Origin: Amoebidium appalachense
Lineage: Eukaryota > Protista > Ichthyosporea
DNA: 64,000 bases
Direction of reading: 5' to 3'
NCBI GenBank assembly: GCA_963693365.1
Contig: CAVNZM010000009.1
Location: forward strand, 994,231-1,058,230
The position numbers were made by a program, and so were the translations under genes. The notes under the pieces are model-generated. The model made no database searches. It worked only from the letters and a program-made list of their open reading frames with translations, and was not told the DNA's origin. Positions 1 through 10,009 of this stretch are shown in pieces. The first letter of the stretch is position 1; each line of letters starts with the position of its first letter.

Positions 1-165
1 AGGCTTTACAAAGTTCGTTGGAAAGGGTACACGGCTAAGAACGACACCTGGGAACCTCACTCCGGCCTGCAAGACACAGCCGCAGGAGCACTCACAGACT
101 ACCTAGGTACTTTGGTGGCCGGCCCTGCCAGCCAGCCCGCACGAAAGAAGCGCCGACGTCGCTAA
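1..165 (+). CDS. C-terminal chromodomain of a Ty3/Gypsy (chromovirus) Pol/integrase, 5' truncated by the window edge
   Basis: Frame 1 reads RLYKVRWKGYTAKNDTWEPHSGL...ARKKRRRR*, matching the chromodomain motif Y.V.WKGY....TWEP. It is followed by a PPT and an LTR. Confidence 0.88.
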   Translation, partial: RLYKVRWKGYTAKNDTWEPHSGLQDTAAGALTDYLGTLVAGPASQPARKKRRRR

Positions 166-230
166 CTTCCCTCAGCCTGGTGGTTTACCGTCTCCAGACC
201 ATACCACCAGGCTCCCGAGAAGGGGGGGAG

Positions 231-840
231 TGTAAACATCTGTACACGCCGTACATGTTTACTATTACGAATATACTGTACATATCATAGTGATCACGTA
301 GATATTGTGTACATATGATCAGATCAATATCACACGCGACAGCCGCGGGCTGCGGCTCACGACTGAGCCGCGGCGCCGGCAATATGCAGTGGCCGTGCAG
401 TCAGTATGAACCAATAGAATTCGAGAACCGCTAGGATAGGAATGCAAGTCTCATCCACTACGGAGGCGACATCTATAGCTAAACGAACGGAACCAATAAG
501 GAAATCAGACCCAGTTGCATAAACCTAAACGGGCTTAAGTATTGACCAATCATTTGCCACAAAGTTATCCTTTTAGTTAGCTTCATGTTATTGGTGCACT
601 GTGTGCACATAAAGACGACCGCACTCTTCTGACTGGTCAGAAGTCACGAAGGCATCAATGCCACCCATCCAGATGATCCGGAACCTGGGGGCTATATAAA
701 CAAGCCGTCCCAGTACGGGGGATCACTCTGAACGAGCACATTAAATAGTAACCTGGCCGCGTGTGCCTTACTACCCGTTCTCTGTCTTTATTCTGATTCA
801 GTTGTTCTCTGCCTTATCCCAACTAGTTCAACTGTTTACA
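231..840 (+). repeat. 3' LTR (610 bp)
   Basis: Starts TGTAAACA directly after the PPT and ends TGTTTACA (8-bp terminal inverted repeat, TG...CA). Internal CCAAT boxes, TATATAAA at 693-700 and ATTAAA at 740-745. Confidence 0.85.
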
Positions 841-1146
841 GCGCGCATCGACCCCCGTCCAGACCCACGGCGTGGGAAACAGTTCCCGGACTGCGACGAC
901 GAGGTTTCCGAGTTTCTTCGAGAACCGTGTGTGTTCGGAAACTTCACTGGGGCGCGAGAGCATACTCTCGATGTCTTCGGCTGGCACCTTTTCGTTTGTT
1001 TCCAGCTCCATAATCTGCTTGACGTACAACACCAGGTGGTGGCCTGTGTACCCGCGCATGAACAACTCGCTGTCCTCGTGGTTGGCCAGAAAGGTGTGCA
1101 CCAGGTCAAGGCACCGCACAACCACGCCTTCGCCGAGATCAGGCAT
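841..1146 (-). pseudogene. Hypothetical viral-type gene truncated by the LTR insertion
   Basis: ORF MPDLGEGVVVRCLDLVHTF...WVWTGVDAR runs into the LTR end at 840 and stops after only CKQLN. Confidence 0.55.
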
Positions 1147-1653
1147 CACTTGTCTCTACACCGAGAGAAAAACCAGACATGTGCAACATGTTTCAATGTT
1201 TGAAATTCCCACGACGCGGGCATGCACGGCCGGCCGGGAGGGGGCGGGGCGGGCGGGGCACACAGGCCCGGCCCGGGAGGCAGGCGTGGCGCGTGCGCTG
1301 GGGAGAAACGCGGGCACCCCCAGCCACCCCAGCCCCCCACCGGGAACCAGCAGTCAACTCGGGGTTGGTTTGGGGTGTGTTGATTGGCCATTGTGAGTGC
1401 GGCGCCTGCTCCCTCCACAGCCAATGAGCGTTGAGTGCCTTAGATCAGTTGTGTCCGATTGGAGAACATGTACAGCGGTGTAGGGCCGAATTGGGGATTT
1501 TGATTGGCGTCAGGTGAGAGCCCGGGACCGCCACAGCCAATGGGAGACAGCGGGGCCTCCCAACGGCTCGGCACAAGGGTACATAAGCACAGACGGTGTT
1601 GTCAAAAGCACACTCTTGCTGCAGCGTGACAGTGGGCTTTTGGAATTGCCAAC

Positions 1654-2232
1654 ATGACGCACATTGAGCGTATTCACATTCTCGGTAAGGACCGCGAGCC
1701 CCGGTTCGCCTACCAACCGGAGCTGTTCTACACGCTGCACCTGCACCCCGAGGCGCCTGGCTCGATCCGCATGGGCACCGCCGCGATCTTCAGCACGAAG
1801 ACAGGGGAGGAGAGGGTGTGGCCGGTCGACGTCATCCTCTCCGGGCCGGTACAGCGGCAGTTCGTCGACGAGGAGGGGCGGTGGACCCAGCGGGACAGTT
1901 ACACACCTCCCGACCCCCGCTTCGAAGGGCGTGGCAGCGCGGTGTGGCGTGCACTGTACGACGAGCTCCAGGCGCCGGCGCTGCGCAGCCTCATCCCCGA
2001 CGACACGGGCCTCGGGTTTCTCCTCCGCAAGTGCCCCCACCCCGACTTCGACGATGTGGACAACGACAACGACGAGGTGATCACCGTCGAGGAGACGGAG
2101 CACGTCTGGGGTGTGAGGCTTGGGCAGGCGATGGCGGCTCCGACCGTGGTTCGGCCGCTCCACCAGGTCGTCGAGAGCGCGACGGTCCGCGCGGCGCCGG
2201 TGCCGGACGAGCAGTGTCCGTGTACGCATTGA
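1654..2232 (+). CDS. Hypothetical protein (192 aa), paralogous to the next ORF
   Basis: ATG in CAACATG context, GC3-rich codon usage, upstream CCAAT/ATTGG cluster and TACATAA. Confidence 0.65.
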   Translation: MTHIERIHILGKDREPRFAYQPELFYTLHLHPEAPGSIRMGTAAIFSTKTGEERVWPVDVILSGPVQRQFVDEEGRWTQRDSYTPPDPRFEGRGSAVWRALYDELQAPALRSLIPDDTGLGFLLRKCPHPDFDDVDNDNDEVITVEETEHVWGVRLGQAMAAPTVVRPLHQVVESATVRAAPVPDEQCPCTH

Positions 2233-2681
2233 ACACGTTGGCCAGCGACGAGGAGGCCAGCACGGTAGAAATGTTTGAGGTCTGGCCGGTGCTTCATTGT
2301 GGGCAGCCCGCGCTGCGCCTGGGTCTCTACTACCTGCTGGCCGAGCTGAAGCTGGCCGAGCGCTTTGTGCCCCTGGACGTCATCGTCCAAGGCGACTGGG
2401 TCGAGGCCAAGATCGACGAGCACGGGACGTGGAGGGCCGGAGCGGTGGTTGGGCGAAGGGCGGTGGGCAGCGAGGATGTGTTCTACCTCCAGATTTACAT
2501 TGCGCTCGGCCGGCACTTCGGGTTGGGGGTGCTGTCGCGGCAGATGCTGGGAATGGATGCTACCAGGACGGAGGTGCTTCGTATTGCACCACGCAGAGTG
2601 TACGAGCTGGATTATGACGTGGACACCGTGGACTTCGAAGTCCCGTTCGAGGGCCACGCGTTTAAGCATGCATTTTCGTGA
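2214..2681 (+). CDS. Hypothetical protein, diverged tandem paralog (or frameshifted second domain) of 1654-2232
   Basis: ERFVPLDVIVQGDWVEAKIDEHGTWR aligns with ERVWPVDVILSGPVQRQFVDEEGRWT, and both have a later GLG.L.R motif. The aligned start position has GTG rather than ATG. Confidence 0.55.
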   Translation: MSVYALNTLASDEEASTVEMFEVWPVLHCGQPALRLGLYYLLAELKLAERFVPLDVIVQGDWVEAKIDEHGTWRAGAVVGRRAVGSEDVFYLQIYIALGRHFGLGVLSRQMLGMDATRTEVLRIAPRRVYELDYDVDTVDFEVPFEGHAFKHAFS

Positions 2682-2710
2682 CAGACGGGTGAACCTGGCG
2701 AACTTGGTGA

Positions 2711-2850
2711 TTGGTTGCGCATATGTGAGCCTAAACCCTAAGGGGTGTGTGGGGGTGGGGCTGGGTGTGTATTTGTGTTGGTTGCGCATATGTGAGCCTA
2801 ACCCCTAAGGGTTGTGTGGGGGGTGGGGGTGGGTGTGTATTTGCGTTGGT
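2711..2850. repeat. Two ~67-bp direct repeats with a telobox-like AAACCCTAA
   Basis: TTGGTTGCGCATATGTGAGCCTAA(A/C)CC...TAAGGG...GGGTGTGTATTTG starts at 2711 and 2778. Confidence 0.8.
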
Positions 2851-3118
2851 CATTTGCCCACAGGATGGGTCAAAACGCGCAGCGCGCAAATAAACCACAA
2901 AAACACACGAGCGCGCCCCCACCGTGTGGCCCGCGAGGCCTGGGAGGCCCGCCCGCCCGGCGAGCCACGTGTGCCACGCGTGCCTCGCATGCCCCCATGC
3001 CCCTCCCCGGCGCGGGAATTTTCACGCCGGGTTTTGGGCAGCCACCCACCAATATGACCGACGGCCATTTTGGTTGTGTGTGCGCCTCCGCCGCTTCCGA
3101 TTTTGTAGTCGAGGAGCA

Positions 3119-4598
3119 ATGAGTTCACGCCCGCGCGGCAGACCCCCGAAACGCGCCAGAACCGAGGAACCGGAGGACGATGACCCGCTCACCTCATGGT
3201 TCTCTGGGATTTGGCAGCTGACCGCCGACCGTGCAAGGGACCGTGCGGACGCGGTGGGGGCTTCAAGCAAGTTGACACCGGAGCAAAGGGACGCGCTGTA
3301 CAAGGACTACATGACCAACTGCGATATCTTTGCCAGTATCCACAACGACGTAGAAAACCGCGAGATCACGACCCCAATCAGACAGATCGTCTTCCCGCCC
3401 GACGGTGACGGCCTCGAGCCACGCGACGAGGACCTGGCAGAGTTTATGAACATTAATGGGCTGAAGGAGGCGAAGCAGAAGCTTTTTGAAACCGTTATTG
3501 TTCCACGGTTTGTGCCCGAACTGTTCCGCAGCCTGCGAACGCCTGGGCGGGGAATTCTGATGTTTGGTCCACCCGGGACCGGCAAGACGTTTATTGCGAG
3601 CAAGTTGGCGCAGGTGGGCAGGTCGACGTTTATGAACGTGTCGTCCGCTGTGCTCAACTCAAAGTGGGAGGGCAACTCGGAGAAGGCGGTGCAGGCGGTG
3701 TTTTCGCTCGCAAGGTGTCTGCGTCCCACTGTCATGTTTCTGGACGAGTGAGGCCGAGTCGATACTGGGCTCCCGAAACCGCAACAGTGCGAGCGGGTCG
3801 GGCAACTCGTACAAGATCACAAACCAGTTTCTTTCGGAGTACGACGGGCTGCGCAAGAACAATGACCATATGCTGTACGTGGCCGCGACAAACCTGCCGT
3901 TCGACCTGGACCGGGCGATTCTGAGGCGATTTCCCGTTCGCGTGTTTGTTGACCTGCCGCTACCGATCGACATCCTCGAACTGATATTGGAAAAATTGGA
4001 AGAGTTCCAAGCGGAGTATCCCCTGAGCGTCGACCCAACGCTGCTAGTAGTCAATGACGGGGTTCACACCCCGCGAGAGGCCCTGCAGAAGTTGGCGTAC
4101 TGGATGTTTCTCAAGTCGTATTCCACATCGGACATCCTCAATCTAATCAAGCAGGCTGCGATGGCGCCAATGTCTCGGCGCATTCGGGAGATTTTTCAGT
4201 CACCCTCGGGTACAGACAGCTTTGCCGGAGAGCTCAAAGGGCTGATCGAAAGACAGCCCAAGCCACTGGCAGTGCGGGATTTCCTGTCGGCGGCAAATAC
4301 TGTTCTCCCCGCGTTTACAAAGTTTGACGATGACATGGAATACACCCCGGGCTACATAGAGCTATTTGCATTCAAGATCAATATTGAATGGCGGCGCGGC
4401 GAAGCGATGCCCCCCGGGTTCGCACACGCACTCCAACAGCACAGGGATGCGGAGCTGAACCCAACCAGCTTGTGGGGACCCGAGGTTCCGAAATGGTACG
4501 TCCACGACACCCGCGAGGGCAAGGATTACGCCCTTGGTCGTTACTACCAGGAGCAGGTGCTGCCGGAATTGGATTTTGTGCCCATCGACGGCGTTTGA
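3119..4598 (+). pseudogene. Vps4/katanin/spastin-clade AAA+ ATPase with an N-terminal AT-hook, frameshifted
   Basis: Walker A GPPGTGKT, pore loop SKWEGNSEK, Walker B MFLDE and SRH AATNLPFDLDRAILRRF. A 4-bp insertion (TGAG, 3749-3752) splits it. Removing the insertion restores DEAESIL and joins the two ORFs. Confidence 0.88.
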
Positions 4599-4879
4599 AC
4601 CCGGGTGTGTATTTTGGTAAGCAATTGGCAATCGATCAATGGGATCGATCGATAGCCATTTTGGTTGTGTGTGTGTGTGTGTGCCGTAACCCGCAGCCTG
4701 CAATCGGTCAATGTGACCGGTTGTGATTTTGCTAGGCACTGGGTAACTTGGCAGCCAAATGCCTCAAATTGAGGCCTTTGAAATGGTTAACCAGACCATC
4801 AGTTCGATGTGTTGCACCCTCCCGCTGGCCGGGTACAAAAGGCGCCGCGCGCAAAATAAAATCGCAGTCTTACTCTGAA

Positions 4880-6280
4880 ATGACTTCAAACATGTCTCCC
4901 CCACCCTCTTACTCTCCCCCCCCCTCTTGGCCCCGACTGGCGCCCGCCCGCGGGCCACGAGTCGCGCGTGGACACGTCGTCGGTGCCCGCGTGGCCCGGC
5001 GTGCGCCCGTTCTTCGCGCCGGACGGGGAGAAGGTGCTGACGTACCTGACGAAGTTCGACGGGCACGTGTTCTTCAACGCGGGGTACTCCGCGTCGCTCG
5101 GGAGCAAGGAGGCGGGCGGAACATGGAAGAATCCTGTTAATTGGGTTAGGCATAATCAGGACACAGTTGATCGGGTGTTGGAGTTGACTCGGATGAATGT
5201 GGAGACGATGGATCTGGAAGGAGGGAACTTGGACGTGGCTCCAAGTTCGTCCCGGGCACTTGTTCAAAGCGCGTTTTCGCGGATCAAGAAGCTACCCGCA
5301 ATATCCCACACCGATGGCTCTGTCGCCTACGCCTTCGCAACGCATGGTCTGATACCCGCCATCGAGATGTACCGCGGGACCTGGTTCGCGTTCGAGCTGA
5401 CCGCGCCGTTTCTGCGCTACTGCTTTCCCGCGCTGCGGGACTTCTGGGACAACGTGATGGTCAAGTCGCACCTGGGCCAGATGGACTACTTCGCGGACCT
5501 GGTGCGCATCGCCGACCAAGGACGCGGCGACGGGGCCAAGACCAAGTCCGTGCACATCGACATGGAGGCCGCGGACGCGGGGGGCCCGCGCGCGGGCAAG
5601 CGTGAACGCGAAGACGATGGGGAGCAGCAGGTGGCCAAGCGCAACCCGCTGGACGCGATGCTGGAACCGGGCAACTGGTTCAAGCCGGGAGTGGACTTCG
5701 ACACCGCGCTCGAGCAACTCAACAAGTTCATCACCACCGCGCACCGCGACATCTGCACCAACTACTGCCCCGAGGCACTCGCGGCGGTCAAGCGCGCGGA
5801 GGAGGTAGAGCGACAGGAGCGGGCCAAACAGGACACGATCCAGCGGGGCATCGACTCGACGCTTGCCATGGTGAAGGCAGTGCGCGAGATGAAGGCCGAG
5901 CTCAAGGGTCTGGACGTGCACTTCGTGGCCTGGCGGCAGCTGAACTTCGACTGGTCGCTCAAGGCGGCCGGTGGGGCGTGTGTGTATGCGCTGCACATCG
6001 ACGGCTACATTAAGATCGGGCACACGGGCAACTCGCTTTTCCAGCGCTACAAGTATGACCTGTGGTCCCACGACATGAAGGAGCTCATCATCATATGTAT
6101 GCCCCACCGCAACAAGAACGAGGCGGAGCAGTTCGAAAAGCTGGTGCAGACTCTCGGAACCAGCTCAAGCAGGTGCGCGTGATGGTGGGCAACAAGCGCG
6201 AGATGTTCGCGGCGGACTACGTGCGCGTGTCAAACGCGTTCAAGGAGGTGTACGGGGACGACGACATCCGCTTTGTCTGA
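4880..6280 (+). pseudogene. KilA-N domain + coiled coil + T5orf172/MUG113 (GIY-YIG-like) protein with two frameshifts
   Basis: KilA-N-like motifs FFNAG...KNPVNWVR and RGTWFAFELTAPFLRYCFP. C-terminal VYALHIDGYIKIGHT...EAEQFEKLV continues in another frame as RNQLK...KREMF. Shifts lie at the poly-C near 4920 and at ~6155. Confidence 0.72.
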
Positions 6281-6477
6281 TTCTGGATGTATCTGGATGT
6301 CCGTGAACCAGTCACGGACTTCTGTGTTCACGAACCGCACCTATAAAACCGTCTACTTCGCATCATCTTTGAAGATCACGAATCACTCAAGCAATCACTC
6401 AAGATGAGTGATTGCCAGTTGGTTTGCATCCAAGTTGCGCATATAAAACGCCGACTCGCACGAGAGATGTGTGCAGA

Positions 6478-7134
6478 ATGGACCTCATCGAGCGTCTGAA
6501 ACAAAACGAGATTCCCTACCCACAGGGAAGTACACAGTGGCTGCGCGCCCGCGCATCCATGCTCACGGCCTCGGACGTGGGCGCCGCGCTGGGGGTGAAC
6601 CCGTACGAGACGCGGAAGGACCTGATCGAGCACAAGTCCGGGCTGAAGCGGCGGGTCGTCGACCCCGTGTTCGTGGCATTCGGACACAAGCACGAGGCCA
6701 ACGCGGCGGACGCGTACATGCGCGCGACGGGGCGCTCGTGCATCGAGCTGGGGCTGATCCGGCACGCGGAGCACCGGTGGCTGGGGGCGAGCCCGGACCG
6801 GGTGACGCTGTGCGGGCGCGCGGTGGAGATCAAGGTGCCGTACAAGCGCAAGTTCATGGACGGACAGCCGATCCCCGAGCACTATGTGGCGCAGGTGCAG
6901 ACACAGCTGTTTGTGCTGGGGCTGGAGGTCGCGGACTTTGTGCAGTTCGACCCGCGCGACGGGTCGCTGCGCATCGACGAGATCCCGCGGGACAAGGAGT
7001 GGTGGGCCAAGCACGGCAAGACATTGATGAGTTTTCAGGCCAAAGTGTTAGACATACGCGCCGACCACGAGCTGCAGGGATGGGAGGCAGAGGACCAAGA
7101 CACTGCGATTTGTCACATTCCCGACTTTATATAA
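6478..7134 (+). CDS. yqaJ: YqaJ-like (lambda-type) viral alkaline exonuclease/recombinase, 218 aa
   Basis: QGSTQWLRAR, LTASDVGAALG, FGHKHE, WLGASPD, VEIKVP and YVAQVQTQL motifs. TATAAAA lies about 30 bp upstream. Confidence 0.93.
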   Translation: MDLIERLKQNEIPYPQGSTQWLRARASMLTASDVGAALGVNPYETRKDLIEHKSGLKRRVVDPVFVAFGHKHEANAADAYMRATGRSCIELGLIRHAEHRWLGASPDRVTLCGRAVEIKVPYKRKFMDGQPIPEHYVAQVQTQLFVLGLEVADFVQFDPRDGSLRIDEIPRDKEWWAKHGKTLMSFQAKVLDIRADHELQGWEAEDQDTAICHIPDFI

Positions 7135-7388
7135 ACTTGCACGGCGATGTGTGTAGATGGACACAGTCCGCCGACTACACCCCGGCCCCGGCCATCAGCC
7201 GCAGTAGCGGCATCGGCAGTATATATACGACAAAGGGATGTACGGTAAGATAGAGCATCAACAGGTACCGCTTTATCAAATTTTGTTTTTTTGTGCAAGT
7301 GTGCTGGTGCGGGAGGCCAGGTGCCTGTATGGTGGGTGAAAACGGATCCAGTGACACCATGACTGCTTTATGGTTAATATATTATACA

Positions 7389-7625
7389 ATGAAGCCCAAG
7401 TATGTCAAGGGACGGTACTGTAGAAGAGACAAGCGGATCTACCGCCGAAAGCTCCGAAACGCACGAAAAAAGTACAAAGTCCAAAAGAAACATCTAAAAC
7501 GCATATGGGAACCATCCTATCGTGTACTTGACTATGTGAGCGGCATACCGACCATGACAACCAAAAACGGGTGGGACATCACAAGCTACGAGTACCCCCT
7601 ACACTACAACATTTCCCGTATGTAA
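7389..7625 (+). CDS. Small, very basic hypothetical protein (78 aa)
   Basis: MKPKYVKGRYCRRDKRIYRRKLRNARKKYKVQKK. It is convergent with, and abuts, the 793-aa ORF. Confidence 0.4.
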   Translation: MKPKYVKGRYCRRDKRIYRRKLRNARKKYKVQKKHLKRIWEPSYRVLDYVSGIPTMTTKNGWDITSYEYPLHYNISRM

Positions 7626-7627
7626 GT

Positions 7628-10009
7628 CTACAAGGCCGCGGCCGCGTTGGAGGGGGGCTCGTCGTTGCCGGGGCCGTCGGCGCGATGGCGTCTGCGAGGT
7701 GTTTCTTCGTCCCGCCCGTCGCCATCGTCCGCCTCCGACCTCCGCCTTTTCTGGGCGGATTGCGACTCGAACACTTCCATTAAACCCTTCAACCGGGCGC
7801 CGACCCCAGCCTCGATGCGAGATTCTATGTCTTTTTCCAGGTTTTCTTTTTCCTTGACCAGTTCGGCAATCCTCGAATAATAGGATTCCCATTTCGATTC
7901 CAATTTCTGGTTCCTGTTATGTTCAGTCTCATAGGACTGTGTGATCTTTGACACCTCCCGTGTGAGTTTGGCCACCTTCCCTATCTCGCCAGCGAGTTCC
8001 GTCTCGAGTTCTTTAAGTTCCCGCTCGAGGCGTTTTCGCTCCGTTTCCTTGGTCTCCTTCCATTTCGTATTTTCGGCTTCGAGTTTGCGAACTTTCTCTT
8101 CGAGGCCGTTGATCGTTGTCGAGTCCGCGTTGTTACGACGTGTGAGCTCCTCGATCTTCGCGTCCTTCTCCGCGCTAAGCTTGTCTAATTTTTCCCTCGT
8201 CTCTTTTCCTCCCACGACTGCGATCTTCAAATTTTGCTTCAGCGTCGCGCTTTCCTGCTCGAGCTTAACGATCTGCGCGCGGTGCCGCTCCGAAACCATG
8301 CCGACGAGGCGCGTGATGGTGGAAACAACCTGCAAAGTGGCCTCGGAGTCGCCGCGGAGTAGACCGGATAGTTCGCTCAAGGGGTCGGCTGGGGGTGGGG
8401 GTCCGGGGAGTGCGAGGCGCGCGGGCCGTCTAACGTCTTGCTCCTGCTCCTCCTTCTCGGCCTCTCGTTCTCGTTCGATCTCTCGCGCCGCTCCCTTGTT
8501 CTCCTCACGCTCATCTCGCTCCGTTCCCTCGTTCTGTGGATCTCGTTCCAAATCTCGCTCCTCTCGCACTTGCTCCGCTCGCTCCTTCTCTCGTTCCTCC
8601 GCTCGCTCCTTCTCTCGTTCCTCCGCTCGCTCCTTCTCTCGTTCCATCTCTCGCTCCTTCTCTCGTTCCATCTCTCGCTCCTTCTCTCGTTCCTCCGCTT
8701 GCTCCTTCTCTCGCTCCTTCTCTCGTTCCATCTCTCGCTCCTTCTCTCGTTCCTCCGCTTGCTCCTTCTCTCGTTCCTCCGCTTGCTCCTTCTCTCGCTC
8801 CTTCTCTCGTTCCATCTCTCGCTCCTTCTTCTCTCGCTCCTTCTCTCGTTCCATCTCTCGCTCCTTCTCTCGCTCCTTCTTCTCTCGCTCCTTCTCTCGC
8901 TCCATCTCTCGCTCCTTCTCTCGCTCCTTCTTCTCTCGCTCCTTCTCTCGTTCCATCTCTCGCTCCTTCTCTCGCTCCTTCTTCTCTCGCTCCTTCTCTC
9001 GTTCCATCTCTCGCTCCTTCTTTTCTCGTTCCATCTCTCGCTCCTTCTCTCTCTTGTTGTCCTCTCGCTCCTTTCGCTTCTTTCGCTCCATCTCTCTCTC
9101 TCTCTCTCGACCTCGCTCTCTCTCTCGGTTAATTCGCGCCTCCCCTCGCCGTTGACTCTGCAGCTGTTTCTGTTGCTGTAAATGGGCCCCAGCAGGCGAA
9201 TGGAACAGTCCGGTCGTGGACAATGGTAGTGTGTGTGCCCCAGGAGAGAAGAGTCGTGGCTGTGCAAATGGTATATGCTGTGGAGAGGCCTGCAGAGGCC
9301 GTGTCATTTGGGGTTGTGGCTGAAACCCGAATTGCCGAGGGTCGAGAGTGTTGGGTAGAATTGGTCTGTTTTTGGTGCCGCCGGTCGTGGTTTGGGGTCC
9401 CGTGGTGGGAGCTGCCGGGGATGCAGAGGACGGTGCTGTCAGGGGTGGAAGATCGCCCTCGGGGAGAGACCAAACTACAGAGCCCTCTTCCACGTCCGCG
9501 TCCAAAAACGCGAAATCTTCAATCGCCAACCAATCTACGTCACGGGGCGGAATTGTCATCGAAGGGCGGAAAGTCTTTCCGGGTGTAAAACGTTGCAAAA
9601 ATGTTGCCAATGGACACGGATAAACGAACGCGCTCACAGAGGTAGTACATAAATCCGTTAAAGGTTCAACATAGACGACTTCCAACTGCCTTAGTATCCC
9701 GGCAGCTTTTCTCAGGTGGAGGAATTCAGAAAGCGAAAGTGTCGTGATGTGTTCAATTGGCTGTGTGCGCGATGAATAATGTGAAGCAATGCACATGAAA
9801 GGCCTTGTTTCTCTAAAAGGTGCACAAAAGTGGTGGTGGTCGTCTGTGCACTCGCCCAACGCGCACGATTTATCTATAGTCACATCCAAAAACACATCAT
9901 CTCCCCTCGTCACTAACGCTGCCTCAAAATATCGATCTTCACCAACTCTGACTCCAATAGTGCCTGGGGCGTGCAGGCGCAATAAGCATGCAAACTGTGG
10001 TCTGTCCAT
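7628..10009 (-). CDS. 793-aa protein: unique N-terminal domain, E/R/K repeat tract and long coiled coil
   Basis: Uninterrupted ORF with in-frame EREKEREM/EREKEREKK/EREKEQAE repeats and a basic NLS-like tail (QKRRR, PRRRHR). Confidence 0.75.
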   Translation of the reverse strand: MDRPQFACLLRLHAPGTIGVRVGEDRYFEAALVTRGDDVFLDVTIDKSCALGECTDDHHHFCAPFRETRPFMCIASHYSSRTQPIEHITTLSLSEFLHLRKAAGILRQLEVVYVEPLTDLCTTSVSAFVYPCPLATFLQRFTPGKTFRPSMTIPPRDVDWLAIEDFAFLDADVEEGSVVWSLPEGDLPPLTAPSSASPAAPTTGPQTTTGGTKNRPILPNTLDPRQFGFQPQPQMTRPLQASPQHIPFAQPRLFSPGAHTLPLSTTGLFHSPAGAHLQQQKQLQSQRRGEARINRERERGREREREMERKKRKEREDNKREKEREMEREKKEREMEREKEREKKEREKEREMEREKEREKKEREKEREMEREKEREKKEREKEREMEREKEREKKEREMEREKEREKEQAEEREKEQAEEREKEREMEREKEREKEQAEEREKEREMEREKEREMEREKERAEEREKERAEEREKERAEQVREERDLERDPQNEGTERDEREENKGAAREIEREREAEKEEQEQDVRRPARLALPGPPPPADPLSELSGLLRGDSEATLQVVSTITRLVGMVSERHRAQIVKLEQESATLKQNLKIAVVGGKETREKLDKLSAEKDAKIEELTRRNNADSTTINGLEEKVRKLEAENTKWKETKETERKRLERELKELETELAGEIGKVAKLTREVSKITQSYETEHNRNQKLESKWESYYSRIAELVKEKENLEKDIESRIEAGVGARLKGLMEVFESQSAQKRRRSEADDGDGRDEETPRRRHRADGPGNDEPPSNAAAAL
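8560..9125 (-). repeat. Coding tandem repeats (24/27-bp units, EREK-type)
   Basis: CTCTCGCTCCTTCTCTCGTTCCAT and variants repeated many times, with the frame preserved. Confidence 0.9.

Larger units (their letters stand above)
1..840 (+). mobile_element. 3' end of a chromoviral LTR retrotransposon
   Basis: Canonical order: chromodomain ORF end (165), PPT GAGAAGGGGGGGAG (217-230), LTR 231-840. Confidence 0.88.

Noticed and set aside
2729-2812. Telomeric repeats as an integration signal
   Set aside because: Only single CCCTAA-like words occur inside a 67-bp duplication, with no array.
7941-9267. Alternative-frame ORFs (SRSF, LLLS, PSLA, ERRS repeats)
   Set aside because: They are shadows of the EREK repeat in the 793-aa gene.
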